A stretch of 64,000 bases of DNA. Origin: Trichodelitschia bisporula (Eukaryota). The position numbers and the translations under genes are program-made. This document shows, piece by piece, positions 1-12,586 of this stretch. The notes beneath the pieces were generated by a model, which was given only the letters and a program-made list of their open reading frames with translations, had not been told where the DNA came from and did not search any database. Location: NCBI GenBank assembly GCA_010356995.1, contig ML996711.1, positions 198,518 to 262,517 of the forward strand. The letters run 5' to 3'. Positions within the stretch are counted from its first letter, which is position 1, and each line of letters begins with the position of its first letter.

Positions 1-2264
1 TAGCCGCCCCGGTCACGCACATGGCCATCTTCTTTGCCAAGCATGAGGATCACTACTCCGAAGTGGCCGCCTTTGTCACCGACCTCGGAGGTGCCGCCGA
101 CGTCATATTTGGCAAGCCATGGCTCAAGCAACACAATCCGCGGATCGACTGGGCAAAGAGCACGGTCTGCTTCAACTCTCAGTTGTGTCAACGTGCTTGC
201 ACCTGGCGTGACCCCTATCACCATGCTTCAGAGGCTCGGCGGCGTGCTGCAGAGACGGATATCGAGCACGTGCGCGGCGCCGCCTTTGAGAAATTATCTC
301 GCCGGCCGAATGCGGAAACGTTAGTGCTCTGGCCTGAAGACTTCGAGCAACTGGACCGAGATGCTTCAACCGACGCTGTTTGGTCGGCGAAGCAAGTTCT
401 GCCCGATCTCCAGCTGGCCGCGATCACAGCCGATGACCTAGCCAAGTTCTTTCAGAAGCTCAACCGAAAATCTCTCCCCCTCAAGGAGCTCAAAAAGCGC
501 ATCCCTGTTGAGTATCATGAATGGCTGGACCTCTTCGATGCTAAGGCCGCAAGCAAACTTCCTCGCCGGCGTGGGGACTTGGACCACCGCATCGACTTGG
601 TAGACGGGGCCGACACCAAGGCTGCCGTTAAGAAGGTGATCGGAATGTCGCGGGACCAAGCGGAGGTTTGCCGGGCATATATCAACGACATGCTGAGCGA
701 GGGCCGTATTCGCCGCAGCACGTCGCCATTTGCAGCTCCCATCCTCGTCATCAAGAATCCTGGAGGAGGACTCCGCGTGTGCATCGATTATCGAGGCCTC
801 AACAGCATCACCATCAAGAATCGCAACACGCCTCCGCTCATTCAGGAAACCCTCACTCGTCTTTCCAAGGCACGCGTCTACTCAAAGTTCGACGTCATTG
901 TTGCCTTCAACGAGCTTCGGATCCGTGACGAGGACATCAGCAAGACTGCCTTCATCTCCCGCTGGGGCCTGTTCGAGTACTTGGTGATGCCATTTGGCCT
1001 TTGCAATGCCCCAGCCACTTGGCAACGCTTTATCAACGATGCCCTGCACGAGTTCTTGGACGTGTTTGTGACGGCATATCTTGATGATATCCTGGTGTTC
1101 AGCGAGTCGGAGGAGGAGCATCGTGAGCACGTCATGGCGGTTTTCAACGCCCTCCGCAAGGCCGGCATCTATCTGGACGTCAACAAGTCGGAGTTCCACG
1201 TGACGCGCGTCAAGTACCTCGGCCTCATCGTCTCGACTGATGGTATCGAGATGGACCCCAAGAAGTTAGAAGCCGTCAAGCACTGGCCAACTCCCCGGAA
1301 CGTCAAGGATGTCCAAGCCTTCCTGGGCTTCGCCAACTTCTATCGAAGGTTCATCGCCGATTTTTCGGCCATCGCTGCTCCTTTGACAAACCTGACGAAG
1401 AAAACCGCGGGACCGGGTAGCGTGCTCCCGTGGGTTGCAGGCGGGGATGCCGACCGAGCCTTTCGGCCCCTCAAAGCGGCTTTTGTCACAGCGCCGATCC
1501 TCGCTCACTTTGACCCCGACAAGGAATGTTGGCTGGAAACCGATGCATCTGACTATGTTGTGGCCGCCATTCTCTCGCAGAAAGGGGACGATGGAGTATT
1601 GCACCCCGTGGCGTTCATGAGCAAAAAGATGAGCCCAGCGGAGTGCAACTACGAAATCTACGACAAGGAACTGCTGGCCATCATCCGCGCTTTTGAAGAA
1701 TGGCGCCCTGAGCTGTCCGGCAATCGCCCTGAAGATCCCATCCGTATCCTCTCCGACCACCGCAATCTAGAATGGTTCATGTCGTCCAAGGACCTCACCA
1801 GGCGACAAGCGCGCTGGGCAGAGTTTCTATCAGAGTTCAACTTTCGAATCATCCATCGGCCGGGCAGGCTCAGCACCAAGCCTGATAGCCTCACCCGCCA
1901 CTCCACCTTCCTTCCCGGTCCAGAAGACCCGCGCTCGCAGTACATGCGCCAGACGGTGCTCAAGCCGGAAATGATTCAAGCCCGCAACAGGGACGCTTCG
2001 ACATCCTCGCACACGGCGGTCCGCCTCGCCTCCATTTTGCTGATGGAACAGGAGCCGGAAATGTCCAGTCTTCAAGCAACGGCGCTGCTCATGGCCCTAT
2101 CCGCCGAGGACGATGAACGCGAGCCCCTTCCCCCATCGGTCCACGATCTTGTCCTTGCCGAGTACGAAAACGACGGGGACCTCCAGCGAATCATCGACGC
2201 CAAGCGCAGCGGCGCGCGTCGACTCCCTTCCGATCTCATTGCTGGTACTACGAAACCCCTTTAG
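1..2264 (+). mobile_element. Ty3/Gypsy LTR-retrotransposon pol (end of protease, RT, RNase H); open from the window start and truncated before integrase
   Basis: Stop-free 747-aa ORF with DVIFGKPWLKQHNPRIDW (retropepsin end), SPFAAPILV/LRVCIDYRGLN, MPFGLCNAPATWQ, YLDDILVF (RT), and ETDASD...YDKELLAI...DHRNL (RNase H). Similarity stops near 2245, with no HHCC or DDE integrase motif. Confidence 0.95.
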
Positions 2265-2589
2265 CCCTGCGATGGAGTAGTACCTCCATAGTAGCGAGGC
2301 GGAGAACGCAATCCTATTGGCGAGGATAGTTAGGATAAACGCCTCCGTCAACAGACTCTTGTAATCCCCTTCATAAACACTGCCTCTATCGGTTCAGTCG
2401 GCCTTGCACACTTCCGAGAAGCCCAGCTCCGCCTTATAGTCCAAAGCCTGCTGTCCTTTCAAGCGGTTCAATGGCCGGAGTATTAGGGGCTTCTTCTTTT
2501 CCCAAATCCCAATGTCAACCCATATCTCGTCGACTCAGCCAGCACGTTCGTCCCCGATTTACAATACAGCTTCGGCAGACATTAGTCTA

Positions 2590-2990
2590 TCATTGAAAAG
2601 CTCTCCCAAGCTCGCGCCCTAATACACTTTTCCATAGACTGTTGGACGGCGTCAAATAACCAGGCTTTTATCGCAAATACGTCACAATGGGTGGACGAAG
2701 ACCACATCCTTAGGAAAGCTCTCCTCGCTCTTCCCCCATTGGATTTTGACTATACTGGCGCTGTTCAAGCCCGTCTTCTTCTCAAGGCAGTCACCTCATT
2801 CAGCCTTCAGTGCAGCCTTCGCTTCTGTATGGCTGACAACTATGGCGCAAACCACACCTGTCTCAGAGCTCTCTCAGCCTCTCTCAAAACGGATTTCGGC
2901 GTCATTTATCCCGCTGCAACGCGACGCCTCCGCTCTATAGGCCATGTCGTCAATCTAGCGTATAAAGCTTCCGCTTCGCGGCTAACGAGA
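2590..2990 (+). mobile_element. Degenerate hAT (Restless-like) transposase fragment
   Basis: Translation LSQARALIHFSIDCWTASN...WVDED...LRKALLAL...MADNYGANHT...RRLRSIGHVVNLA resembles fungal hAT motifs (IHxSxDxWTS, DNAxNN, RCxGHxxNL). Confidence 0.8.
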
Positions 2991-3036
2991 TGGCCATAGA
3001 GCGGGTCCTTACTCACAGAGTTAGGCGGGTACGACA

Positions 3037-3213
3037 TGTTGACCCAAGGTCAGATGGCAAGATGAGATCAGATATGATGGACTTAGCCGGCCTCACTGCT
3101 TGGCAGTTAACTCTCCAACTGCTGAGCGGGCTCTTGAACTCTCTCTCTTAGCTAGATACACACACAATACACACAGCAACATTCACACATCCACAATCTG
3201 CATATTAGTGACA
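3037..3213. mobile_element. Possible solo LTR (~177 bp)
   Basis: Begins TGTTG and ends TGACA, has a CT-rich then CA-rich 3' half, and lies in the TE cluster. No clean 5-bp TSD and no second copy in the window. Confidence 0.35.
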
Positions 3214-3380
3214 TGCAAACAGCGCCTACCTTGCTGGTAGATAATTAGGGCGCAGATGTTTGGGGGCCATTTGGCCTACGTGTGGGGTAGTCGACGATTG
3301 CGTGAAGCCAGCCGATTTAAAGCCGGCCCGACTTTAGTCCGCGAGCTAGCATCCCTAGCCCCCCTCTTTTTCCCCCATCA

Positions 3381-3445
3381 TGTCCCCCTCGTATCCCCCT
3401 CGTGTCCCCCTCGTGTCCCCCTAGTGTCCCCCTCTTGTCCCCCTC
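3381..3445. repeat. Minisatellite, ~6 copies of the 11-bp unit GTGTCCCCCTC
   Basis: Read directly: tgtccccctc gtatccccctc gtgtccccctc gtgtcccccta gtgtccccctc ttgtccccctc. Confidence 0.9.
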
Positions 3446-3447
3446 AG

Positions 3448-3503
3448 CCTACGTAGCACTCCTGAGAGCTTTCTTTCAGAAGCTCTCAGGAGTGCTACGT
3501 AGG
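3448..3503. repeat. Perfect 24-bp inverted repeat with an 8-nt loop
   Basis: CCTACGTAGCACTCCTGAGAGCTT (3448-3471), loop TCTTTCAG, then AAGCTCTCAGGAGTGCTACGTAGG (3480-3503). Confidence 0.95.
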
Positions 3504-4537
3504 GTGGGTGCCAGGGATGGCCTAACTATTCTCCGGTGGCTCGTCGCCAGCGCAGGCCGCAGGCCCGCGCACCAGCTCCAAAGGGCTAGCCCGTCACACG
3601 AGGTGCCCTCCCTCCAACCATAAACACAATATACTAGGACTAGCAACAACACCAGTCTACCCATACGTGAAGAAGAGTGGATTCAACACCACCCTTACTA
3701 CCAGGAACTGTTGGAAGGGTAGTATCTAGTCAGGCATTGTTGTTCGGGTATGTAGGAAGTGCAACCTCAGGTCGTACTTCCGATGTAGTTTAGCGTGGCT
3801 TGGCGCTGTGCGCACACAGTGGCAACGGACATCATCGCTTCAAGGGAGACAAGTCATAAGAGAGTCTTTGCTTCTGACGCTGCCTGTTGGTGCTCACCCG
3901 TCTAACAATTCTTGAAGAATCCGGGTGTGTGTCTATGACAGGTCCGGCGCGGCAGCCATATAGATATCATTCTAGGCCCGTCGCCGGTCAAGTCCACCGA
4001 CCTGACCTGCAAGGGCTTGGTGTTAGAAAAGCCAGAAACGAAAATTGGCGGATCGCTGGCTAAGCGCCGACCTGCCGCTTTGGTATTTTTGCGGGGAACA
4101 AAGTGATGAACTAATCGGTATTGGGATTCTGCCGAAGGCGGTGGCAGTATTTTTGGCCTACTCGGGACCAACACGGACACAGATCAAAGAGAACACCAGT
4201 CCCCGTCTGCTCACTGAAGTTAAGGTTTGAGCCGGTTGACTAGTAGTTGCGTGGGTGACCAGCAGCGAATCCCAACTGCCGTATGTTTTTGCTATTTTAT
4301 TATGCTCCTGATCTCCACTCCCGTCCATCTGATGTGCTAGTTCTAGCTTGCGGTCACGCTTAGAGAGCTCCACCGTATATCAAGCGGACTCGCTGCAGTT
4401 TACCGCTCAGGCAGTAGAAGAGGGAGACATCATCATTTTGCTCACCAGCTCGGCTTACCTTCCGAGCGATCCAGGTCCGCCTCCTTCACCAGCGCGATGA
4501 CTGATGAGATCAAGGGCGCATTACGTGCGAAGGCAAT

Positions 4538-4727
4538 TGTAAAACTGAAGATTGAAGTAAAGACGAAGCGATCAAGAGAGTCAGATATTTTGGAGATTTA
4601 GAGATATGATATCCGATATCCTCCATTGCTCCTTCCTTCTAGCATGCTCACAATACGTCATGTTCCTTCCTAAGAGTGATATGCTTCTTCCTCGCATCAC
4701 AATGCTCCTTCCATGACTACATCAACA
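4538..4727 (+). repeat. Dispersed ~180-bp repeat, copy 1 (probable old solo LTR family)
   Basis: Starts TGTAAAACTGAAGATTGAAGTA and ends AATGCTCCTTCCATGACTACATCAACA. Homologous to 34339-34518 and 62078-62247. Confidence 0.75.
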
Positions 4728-4943
4728 ACGTCGCTAACCAGTTCCCGCGGCGATCTACCGTACAGCACTGCAAGCCTTACCCACCATGGCGATCATCCTC
4801 CCTGCCCCATCATCACCACTAACATCACGTTAGCACCGCGTTAGCACCGCGTTTCAGCCTTCCCGCCCCTCCACAAGCACCAGTGCCGACTGCTGAGCGC
4901 CGAAGGATCCGAGCAAACTAGAACTACCGTAGTTCTAGCTGAT

Positions 4944-5508
4944 CTCAGGCCATTACCGCAGAGCGAAGGTCGATTTTTGGTTTAGGCCGGGCGGGCGCGG
5001 GCCGTTGGCCGTACCGTAGACCACTACCGTAGAGGTGAGATGGGTGACTGGAGTGCGTTGGTGCTAGCCGGCGTCCATACGAATCGATGGCAGCCAGTCG
5101 CAAAGACCTCCCCTTCGCAAAATATACCCCATTCTCATCCGCATCGTACCATAGTCGGTACGAACTGCCCTTGTGTGAGGGAGGATCTCGAGATCTGGGA
5201 CCTAAAAACGCCTGCGGCAGGGTTGTGAGGTAGGCGATGGGGGGAAATGCAATGGGCGAGGGAGGAAATGCAATGGGCGAGGGAGGAAGTGCAAAGGGCG
5301 GAGAGCGAAATATGCGATTGGCCAGGCGAATTTTTCTCGAGGAGGTTTTGGAAGGATTTTGGCTGGGCGTTGCTAGGTGCATGTTGGGGGGGGCAGGGAG
5401 AATCTTGGGCTTTGTGTTTGCTTAGCGGCGATGGGGGGAGGGGCGGGCACATCGTAGGATTAGCGGTTGTGCTAATTTAGCCCGGCTCGAGACTGCTAAT
5501 GGCCTGAG
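4944..5508. mobile_element. Putative non-autonomous TIR element (MITE or deletion derivative, possibly hAT)
   Basis: 12-bp perfect terminal inverted repeats CTCAGGCCATTA (4944-4955) and TAATGGCCTGAG (5497-5508). Internal 21-bp tandem repeat at ~5241-5300. No TSD recognised. Confidence 0.45.
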
Positions 5509-6829
5509 TATGAGAGCAGGTTCGCTGGTAGACATCCTGATCACGACGGCGGCGGCAGGGAGACGCTGGGCTTCGAATCGCGCCTACGGTCTTAGGCGAG
5601 GTTGCACAACGTCAATTGGAGGATTGTGGGAACGATAAGGCGCTTTGGATATACTCGGTGCCGTGGCTCGGGAGAAGCCAAGTCGAGACGTTAATGTGGT
5701 GCAGTCAGACAACGTCAACGGCCGGTACTCGGGACTCTCATTCCTATCGGCCCGGAATCAGAGACATGTCTCCTTCCGCCTCCCATTGACTCAATCGCCA
5801 TAAGGCTATTCGGCATCTGTGTGAACCTCGAGTCAAGACGCATGACCCCGCCTCTTCAGCGACGATCCCTCCCCCCCTCACGGCTTCACGGCACTGTCAG
5901 TACACCACCCAGGCGAGTTGCCCATCAATTCGATCGCAGCCTTTCTCCACTTCAACTTCCAAACGGAGTGCGCAAAGCCACAATGAAGTACGGATGTAAT
6001 TCAAAGGCAGTCGCTGACGTCCCCCGCACCGCCACACCCCAAGGCACACCAGCCTCGCCGCACCAACCCCAACCCCACAATAGGCTAGCGTCCTGATCGC
6101 CGGCCCGTCGACCCAGCCTCGCCAGGCACGCCTCGCATGGCGCTCGGGCTCGCCCGTGGTTGGGCGGGCCGCGCTGCGTGTGCAGGGATCAGCCTTGTAG
6201 GGCAGCACGGGGCAGGGTTCGTGCTCGGGTGTTTTTCGCAGTGTATTTGGCTGGGTTGGATGCGAGGCCGGTGCTGGGTATGCTGAGAATCATGATGGGT
6301 GCGTGAGAGGGGAGACGTGATGGGATTGATGAGGGGATGGAGATGGTATCGGTATTCCACTTTGCGGTCGGTCGCGAGGCCAGCTGAAAGGCTGCAGTCC
6401 TCGCGATAGGCGCTGTATTGATCAACCGGACGCGCATCACTCTCATCTCTCTTCCTCCTGTAGAATCTCTCTCGCGCATCCCACCTCCCCGGATTCCACC
6501 AAGCGAGCCAAGCCATGGCTGTCCTCCGAAACCACTAAGATCAACGCCCACCGTGTCGTCCGGCCCCATCCCAGCCGGGCCAAAGCCCATTATCCCCCGC
6601 TCGCATCTCGTTCGCCTAACGCCCTCTCCTGCCGTCGCCAGGAGACCAGGCCGCGTTCGGGATCGGCCCATTTCCGCGTGCAGCGCGTGTCCGGGGCGGT
6701 ATATGGGACCCGTAAGTCCCCCGCCCGCGTCTGGCACCTGTTGTCCCACACGAGCGCACTGAGGGCGGAAAGCGAGAACGGCCGAACGGAAGGAAATATG
6801 TCGACGTGACGACTGGTACTACTGCTATC

Positions 6830-8239
6830 ATGCGCATCCCGCCCGCTGATGTTATCGCCAAATGGCCGCCGAGCAACTATGTCGATCCCGTCAGGCGAGG
6901 CCCCGAGCTGTTCATCGCCAGCAGTATTTTCCTCGGACTGGCGACCCTGGCCGTGGCCGGACGGATATATGCGCGGCTTGTGGTGCAGCGGTGGTTCGGG
7001 TTGGATGATGTGTTCATCCTCATTGCGTTTGTGCGTCGATTCCCGTGCTCCGAGCTGGGAGCGTAACTGACGGACTAGGTGACGACGCTCGGCGTCAGCG
7101 GAGTGGTGTTCTTCGCAACGGCGCATTTGGACTGGGACCGGCACGTATGGGACGTGGAGCTGGACATGATCCCGCCGAGCCTGAAGGCCTTCTTCGCCGT
7201 CAAGATCATGTGGGCCATATCCAGTTCCTTCATCCGCCTCTCCCTCCTCGCCTTCTACTACCGCCTCCTGGACCACTGCCAAATCCACCGCTTCCGCTGG
7301 CTCCTCCACGCCGCAACCACCTGGCACATCGCCCTCCTCCTCGTCTACCTCTTCACCACCGTCCTCGCCTGCCTCCCCATCCACGCCTACTGGACCTTCC
7401 CCGCCCCGGCGGGCTCCGTCTGCGTCAGCGAAGCGTCCCTCATGATGATATGGGGCGCCCTAAACACCTTCTCAGAGCTCGTCGTCGCGCTCCTCCCCCT
7501 CCCCGTCGTCCTGCGCCTACACCTCACCCCGAGGCAACGCTTCACCGTCATCGCCCTCCTGTCCCTCGGCATCCTCGTCATTGGCGCCTCCTGCGCGCGC
7601 CTCTTCTTCCTCTGGCGTGCCTTCGCCTCCTACGACCTCACCTGGTGGTCAAACGCGCACTGGATCTGCAGCGAAGTCGAAATCGACGCTGCGCTCATTT
7701 GCGCCTGCGCACCCGCCCTGCGCCCCGTGCTCGCTTCCATCCTCGGCTGCTGGGCCCCGCTCTTCGCGCCTGACTCCGCGGACGACGATCTCCCGCATGG
7801 CCCCGGCACGCGCAAGTCTGACACCCAGATGCGGACTATCAATCTCGACGGCCTGCTGCCGAGCAAGAGCCGAGTAAGCCTGGATCCTTCTCCGCGGGCC
7901 CCGCCATCAGCAGCGCGGGGGGGCCGCAGGCTCGGTGCGTTGGATGAGGCGCATAGCCCAGCTGATAGTACACGTCAGTTGCTACCTGCGGATGGATGGG
8001 CCACGAATAACCGTGGCATGTTCAGCGCTGTTGGAGGGGGTGGTGGGATCAATGTGCATGTCGAAGTGCAGGTTACGGATCAGCCGAGGGGGAGTTGGCG
8101 GCGAGGATCGGGAGGGCAGGTGGCGCGGCTGCAGGCTATGCAGCCGGTGAATTCGTCGCAGGAGTGGGCGGCTGGTGGCGGTGGGAGGGGGAGTCCGGGG
8201 CTGGGGGAGGAGAGGAGGAGGGGGAGGGGGAGTGTGTGA
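6830..8239 (+). CDS. PTH11-like (fungal rhodopsin-domain) integral membrane protein without CFEM; 2 exons, intron 7031-7078
   Basis: MRIPPADVIAKWPPSNYVDP start, FGLDDVFI, RHVWDV, IRLSLLAFYYRL, LPLPVVLRL and EIDAALICACAPALRP. The GTGCGT...TAG intron keeps the frame. Confidence 0.9.
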
Positions 8240-8895
8240 GGGCTGGGTTTGGGGTCGGCATGGCCTGAGGGAAATCCATTTGGCGTTGGTGGGGGGAGCG
8301 AGTGCTCGCCTACAGCTGGGACATGGCTTGATGTGCTCCGAACGGGTTGGCGGTTCTGGCTTATGAGTGTCGGCGTTGGGGAGGAACTGTACAGAAGATT
8401 CGGTGCATGAGCTTGGGGGGATATGGCTGCCATCTCGGAGGTTTCCTGGCGGTACCTGATATACGTACTAATGTGGTACTCATGAACTTTGCATACCTCG
8501 CCTATGAGAGCAAAGCCGCGATAGCGAAGGCCAACACTATATGCTGTCGTAATGAACGGAGTCAAATGAATTCCTGTCAAATACACTTTCAGTATCTGAG
8601 TGAACGGCCAAGTGAAGGCAATGATATCTTGGATATGAAGGGAACCTGCATGTTGCCTACCACAAATGGGATACGAAAGGGTTGGGGGGGGGAGGATTGG
8701 CATGAGCTTCCTTTAGAGACTGTCTGGTCTCCATGCTATAGCATGAGGAACCAGAAACCGAGGCTTGCTTCTTACAGTCGAACCGTGAGATCCCATGGTC
8801 GAGAAAAAGTGGAACAGTCGTACGGGTACCATGGGCAACTATGAAGAAGCCATCAAGCCGACAAGTTCTCACGTCAAGGAGCAGAAGGAAGGATC

Positions 8896-11035
8896 TTATA
8901 TTATCTCCATTTCCAGTTGCCAGCATCTATGGATCCACTGTTCTCGCTCTTCCAACGGGTAAAGCGTTTCTTCGTCTGGAACACCGTCCGGAAGGATGAA
9001 GTCCCACACTCCGAGCCGGCGATAACTGGCTCCCAGGTATTCCAGAACCAGGCCGAAGTAGTGACGCCCACCGTGTAAGGAAGTTGATCCGATGACCATG
9101 CAGGTTACCTTTTCCGGATAGCCTTCATCGGAGAAGCTCGGGTCAAACCGAACCTTGATCAACGTGCCACAGCTGTGAGACCTGTAAAAATGGAACGGCT
9201 GTTGGCTGAAGGCGAAGTATGCTTTCTGCCAACGGGCTCGAACTTTTAGCGATCCAGATGAAACAGGGCCAAAGGGAATTCCTTCATACAGAGGCGTGCA
9301 TGTGGCGGAAAGAATAACCGCACCAGCCTCATAATGGTCGTGATCCGGGTACTCGTACGAGAACCTTGTAACTGCTCCGTCCAACGAAGCCCAGCTCCAA
9401 GACGGCGCACGGTACTTGCACACAGGTCGAACAGCCTTCTCGTCCGGTATCCAGAGCAAGTTTGGGCGTAGATTCTTCTCCCACATCCCGGCAAGGTAAG
9501 CTCCGGAGTCTGGCACATATGCAGAAAACTCCTCGGCAACCCCAGCCAGCGCAGTTAGCTTGTCCTCTGGGTTTCCCAATTGCCGCGTCGAATACTGTTC
9601 GACAATGTCGTCCCATCTCCACTTTATGGGATCGTCCTTGTCATTAGCAGCACCCAAAGGCGTTGGGGTCGCGATGGCTGCCGTGCGCCGCCCTCCGTCC
9701 ACAAGTTGTCCCTGCCGGCAAACAAAACGCACCTGACTGGCGCTGTAGACAATCGTACGTCTCGAGAGCAAGAACTCCTGGAAAGTCCAGGCGCGTGCGT
9801 GAATGGGGTCCGCGTGGGGAGCGTGCGCACTGTGACCTGGCTTAACGGGAGTGATGATAACGGAGCTAGTCCGATCACGATCACGAGAACCCGGGAAGCG
9901 ACTCCGTTTACGAGGGCCCCGGAAGGGCAGCTTGATCTGTTGGTCGGTGAGGAGCTCCGGTTCCGTGTGTGGGTGCAGGAAACCTTCGTGGGGATTAGCG
10001 GCCACGGCGGCAGCGATGGTCACATATGCGCCTTTGTAAACGCGTGGCATTTGGCCGATTTCGCGTGTCTTGTCCGGTATGCTGTCCTGCACAATGCAGA
10101 GGCAGTCGATCCAGAGGTAGGAGAGGCCGAGGCTCAGCGTGACGTAGATGGCATGGTGAATGGTCTGCGGAAGGGTTTCGAGCGGAATACCCTTTTTGTA
10201 CTCGTCTATGTTGGCTTTTACTGTGCTCCATGGGGCACCTTGGTTGCCCCAGCAGTACGAGAGTGCGGCGTACTTATAATCGTGTGGGATATTGTAGCGA
10301 GCGACTGTTTCCGTAAGACGGACCGGTTCGCCTATCGTAAGTGTAGCGACGTTCAAAAGCCTGCTCGGAGAGAGCCACTTCGGATCCCGAGCACAACCTT
10401 CGTGTGCTTCGTCACATCTATTGAGCCATTCTTCTGCCTGGTTGAACGTCCGGGCAGATGCTGGATTAGGGTTCATGGGCCGGGAAAGGACGTATTTCGC
10501 AGCGTCGGACCCTTTTTGGTCAGTATTGAAGCGCTAAAGCAGGGCTTCAAGTCTCCCCTTACACTTTTTGGCTCGGATGACAAAAACTGAGCTGCTGTGG
10601 GATCCGATGTTCCAACTAACGCGGAGATTATACATGTTTTCTCTGTGCCGCCCTTCATCTTCCCAGTCGGCGCTGCCCTTGAGCTGGAATGCGTGACTGG
10701 GAGGACTCCGGCTTCCCAAAAAGTTCTTCTCTTTCCTTTTTCTTATATCGTAGATATCTTCCCATGGGGCAGGAGGCTTCAACCTGCTGATCAGATCTAG
10801 GTCCAGACCTGAGGACTGGAGAGTTATCCGGATGAATGAACATTTCTGGTACGCTTTCAGGAGCTCCTGGGAATTAAGAAATTCTGCAAAAACTCGTGGA
10901 GAGGCCTGGGTATCCGTACGAAAGTTGATCCAAATCTTCTTGCAATACGAGCATGTGTGGGGATGAGGGTGCCGGGGTCTAACACCACTTAGCAATGGGA
11001 TGTCAAAACTGGGGATCCAACCTTAGAAAACCCAT
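8896..11035 (-). CDS. Heterokaryon incompatibility (HET domain) protein; intron at ~10511-10562, with a probable small first exon at 11022-11035
   Basis: YAALSYCWG, LPQTIHHAI, YLWIDCLCIVQD, MPRVYKGAYVTIAA, RAWTFQEFLLSRR and YRAPSWSWAS. A GTAAGG...CTGAC...AAG intron joins ORF 10534-10995 (HTCSYC) in frame. The start codon is less certain. Confidence 0.9.
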
Positions 11036-11668
11036 GACGTCAAAACAGCAGTTTCATCAACAGCACGGTAGTCAGTTGAAAGGCCGAAAGACAGCAAGCT
11101 GAGATCGTGTCGCCTCGTCATGAGAAAGAGGTAAATTATCGCTCAGTAGCCATTATATATGTGTCGAGGAATACGGAGTATTGATATGGAAATGATGATG
11201 GAAGGTTGAACGAGAGTCCGATATGTCTAGAAGAGTGAGTGCTAAAAGACACCCCTGAAGAGGCAGACATCGGGACGTCGAAGCATTAAATACGGAGGCG
11301 CGGAGTGCTGCGCCTTGGTCCAAAGATGTCTCGCCGGGATTCGTGGAACACGCGCCGGCAGATGGGCCACTCAAACAGGTCATGGCCCTTGCAGGACGAT
11401 GCGCTGAGCCGCAAGGCGATCTTCGGACCATGGAGTGCATTTCAGGTCGTCAGCTCATCGCGAAGATCGAATAATCTGGAACAATACGCCCAGCTTGGGT
11501 GCTTTCCTATGGCGAGGATCTAATGGACTACAAAGCCTTGCAGCAAACCAAGAAGTACCCCAGCAACGCGGCTCGGTGCTGGGGCGGGAATATGAGTACG
11601 AACAAACAAACGCTGAAAGCTTCAACTGGGATACAGAAAGCACACATCAATGCAAGATACAGAATCCA

Positions 11669-12586
11669 TCACGCAGCCGGGACTCCACTTCCGGCCCCAG
11701 CTCCTCGCATGATAGTTATCGTGTTGCCGTTGATCAGCACGTCCCCCACTTTCTCAGAGAATTCCAGTATCCTGCCAGCTTCCGTAGAGTAGATCCGTAA
11801 ACGGTCATCCTCACTCTGGACTCGGTTGTTCATGTTCTGCACTTGTAGAGCCTTGGCAGCGGCATCCAAAACGCGACCCACAGCCCACTCCTTATTGTAG
11901 AAGAACTTGCCAGATGGGTACGTCGCTTTCGCTGTGTCCCGGGCCGCTTGGACGTGGAGATAGAGCCGTTTCTCAGCAGGTATGCTTTGGTCCCCTTTGG
12001 CCGCCATCTTCAGCTTATTGATCTCCGCCAAAGCCGTAGCGTTCTTCCGCTCTGAGGCTGAAAAACTGGGCATAACGAACTTGGTTTTCGCACTGCTCGC
12101 CTCTGTCTTTTTGGCCAAACCCCAGGACCGTATCTTTTGCAACGCAGATAGTCCTTTATCGAGTTGCGCCTGTCTCGGTGCTTTGGACGTAGGGATACAG
12201 CCGTGCAAATCAGGATGGCGATGCTTGAAACAGAATCGAATGCCGCATGCCCCGCAGGTGACTCCAACCGTAGAGCTGTCGATTTTACCGCGGCAGCTAT
12301 CAACCGGGCATGTTGAGGGATGTGGTCTGACGATCGCCGAGTTGGTACGAAACGTTTGCTCATTGACGCCGGTGCGTTCACGAGCCCACCGACCTTTATG
12401 CTCGCACTTGTGGGCGTCTTCTAGACGGTGTTGCTCGCAGAAATTGTCGTGACAAGATAGACATTCCAGCGGGAGGAGTGTGTAAAGCGTGCAATAGCTG
12501 TAGGCACACCTCCCCCCATATTCGAGACCTGCGCCTTTGACAGTGTCGTCGGTCTGCCTGACAGTTGAAGACGTGTTGGAGAGCAT
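11669..12586 (-). CDS. AN1-type zinc finger protein with C-terminal ubiquitin-like region (Cuz1/ZFAND1 family)
   Basis: Two AN1 fingers (C..C...FCEQHRLEDAHKC and CGACGIRFCFKHRHPDLHGC), followed by AKGDQSIPAEKRLYL and WAVGRVLDAAA...N.NN. Confidence 0.88.
   Translation of the reverse strand: MLSNTSSTVRQTDDTVKGAGLEYGGRCAYSYCTLYTLLPLECLSCHDNFCEQHRLEDAHKCEHKGRWARERTGVNEQTFRTNSAIVRPHPSTCPVDSCRGKIDSSTVGVTCGACGIRFCFKHRHPDLHGCIPTSKAPRQAQLDKGLSALQKIRSWGLAKKTEASSAKTKFVMPSFSASERKNATALAEINKLKMAAKGDQSIPAEKRLYLHVQAARDTAKATYPSGKFFYNKEWAVGRVLDAAAKALQVQNMNNRVQSEDDRLRIYSTEAGRILEFSEKVGDVLINGNTITIMRGAGAGSGVPAA

Noticed and set aside
8347..8844. 165-aa ORF convergent with the first HET gene as a possible partner or antitoxin
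   Set aside because: It has a non-ATG start in the ORF track and no recognisable domain or splice support, so it cannot be supported from sequence alone.
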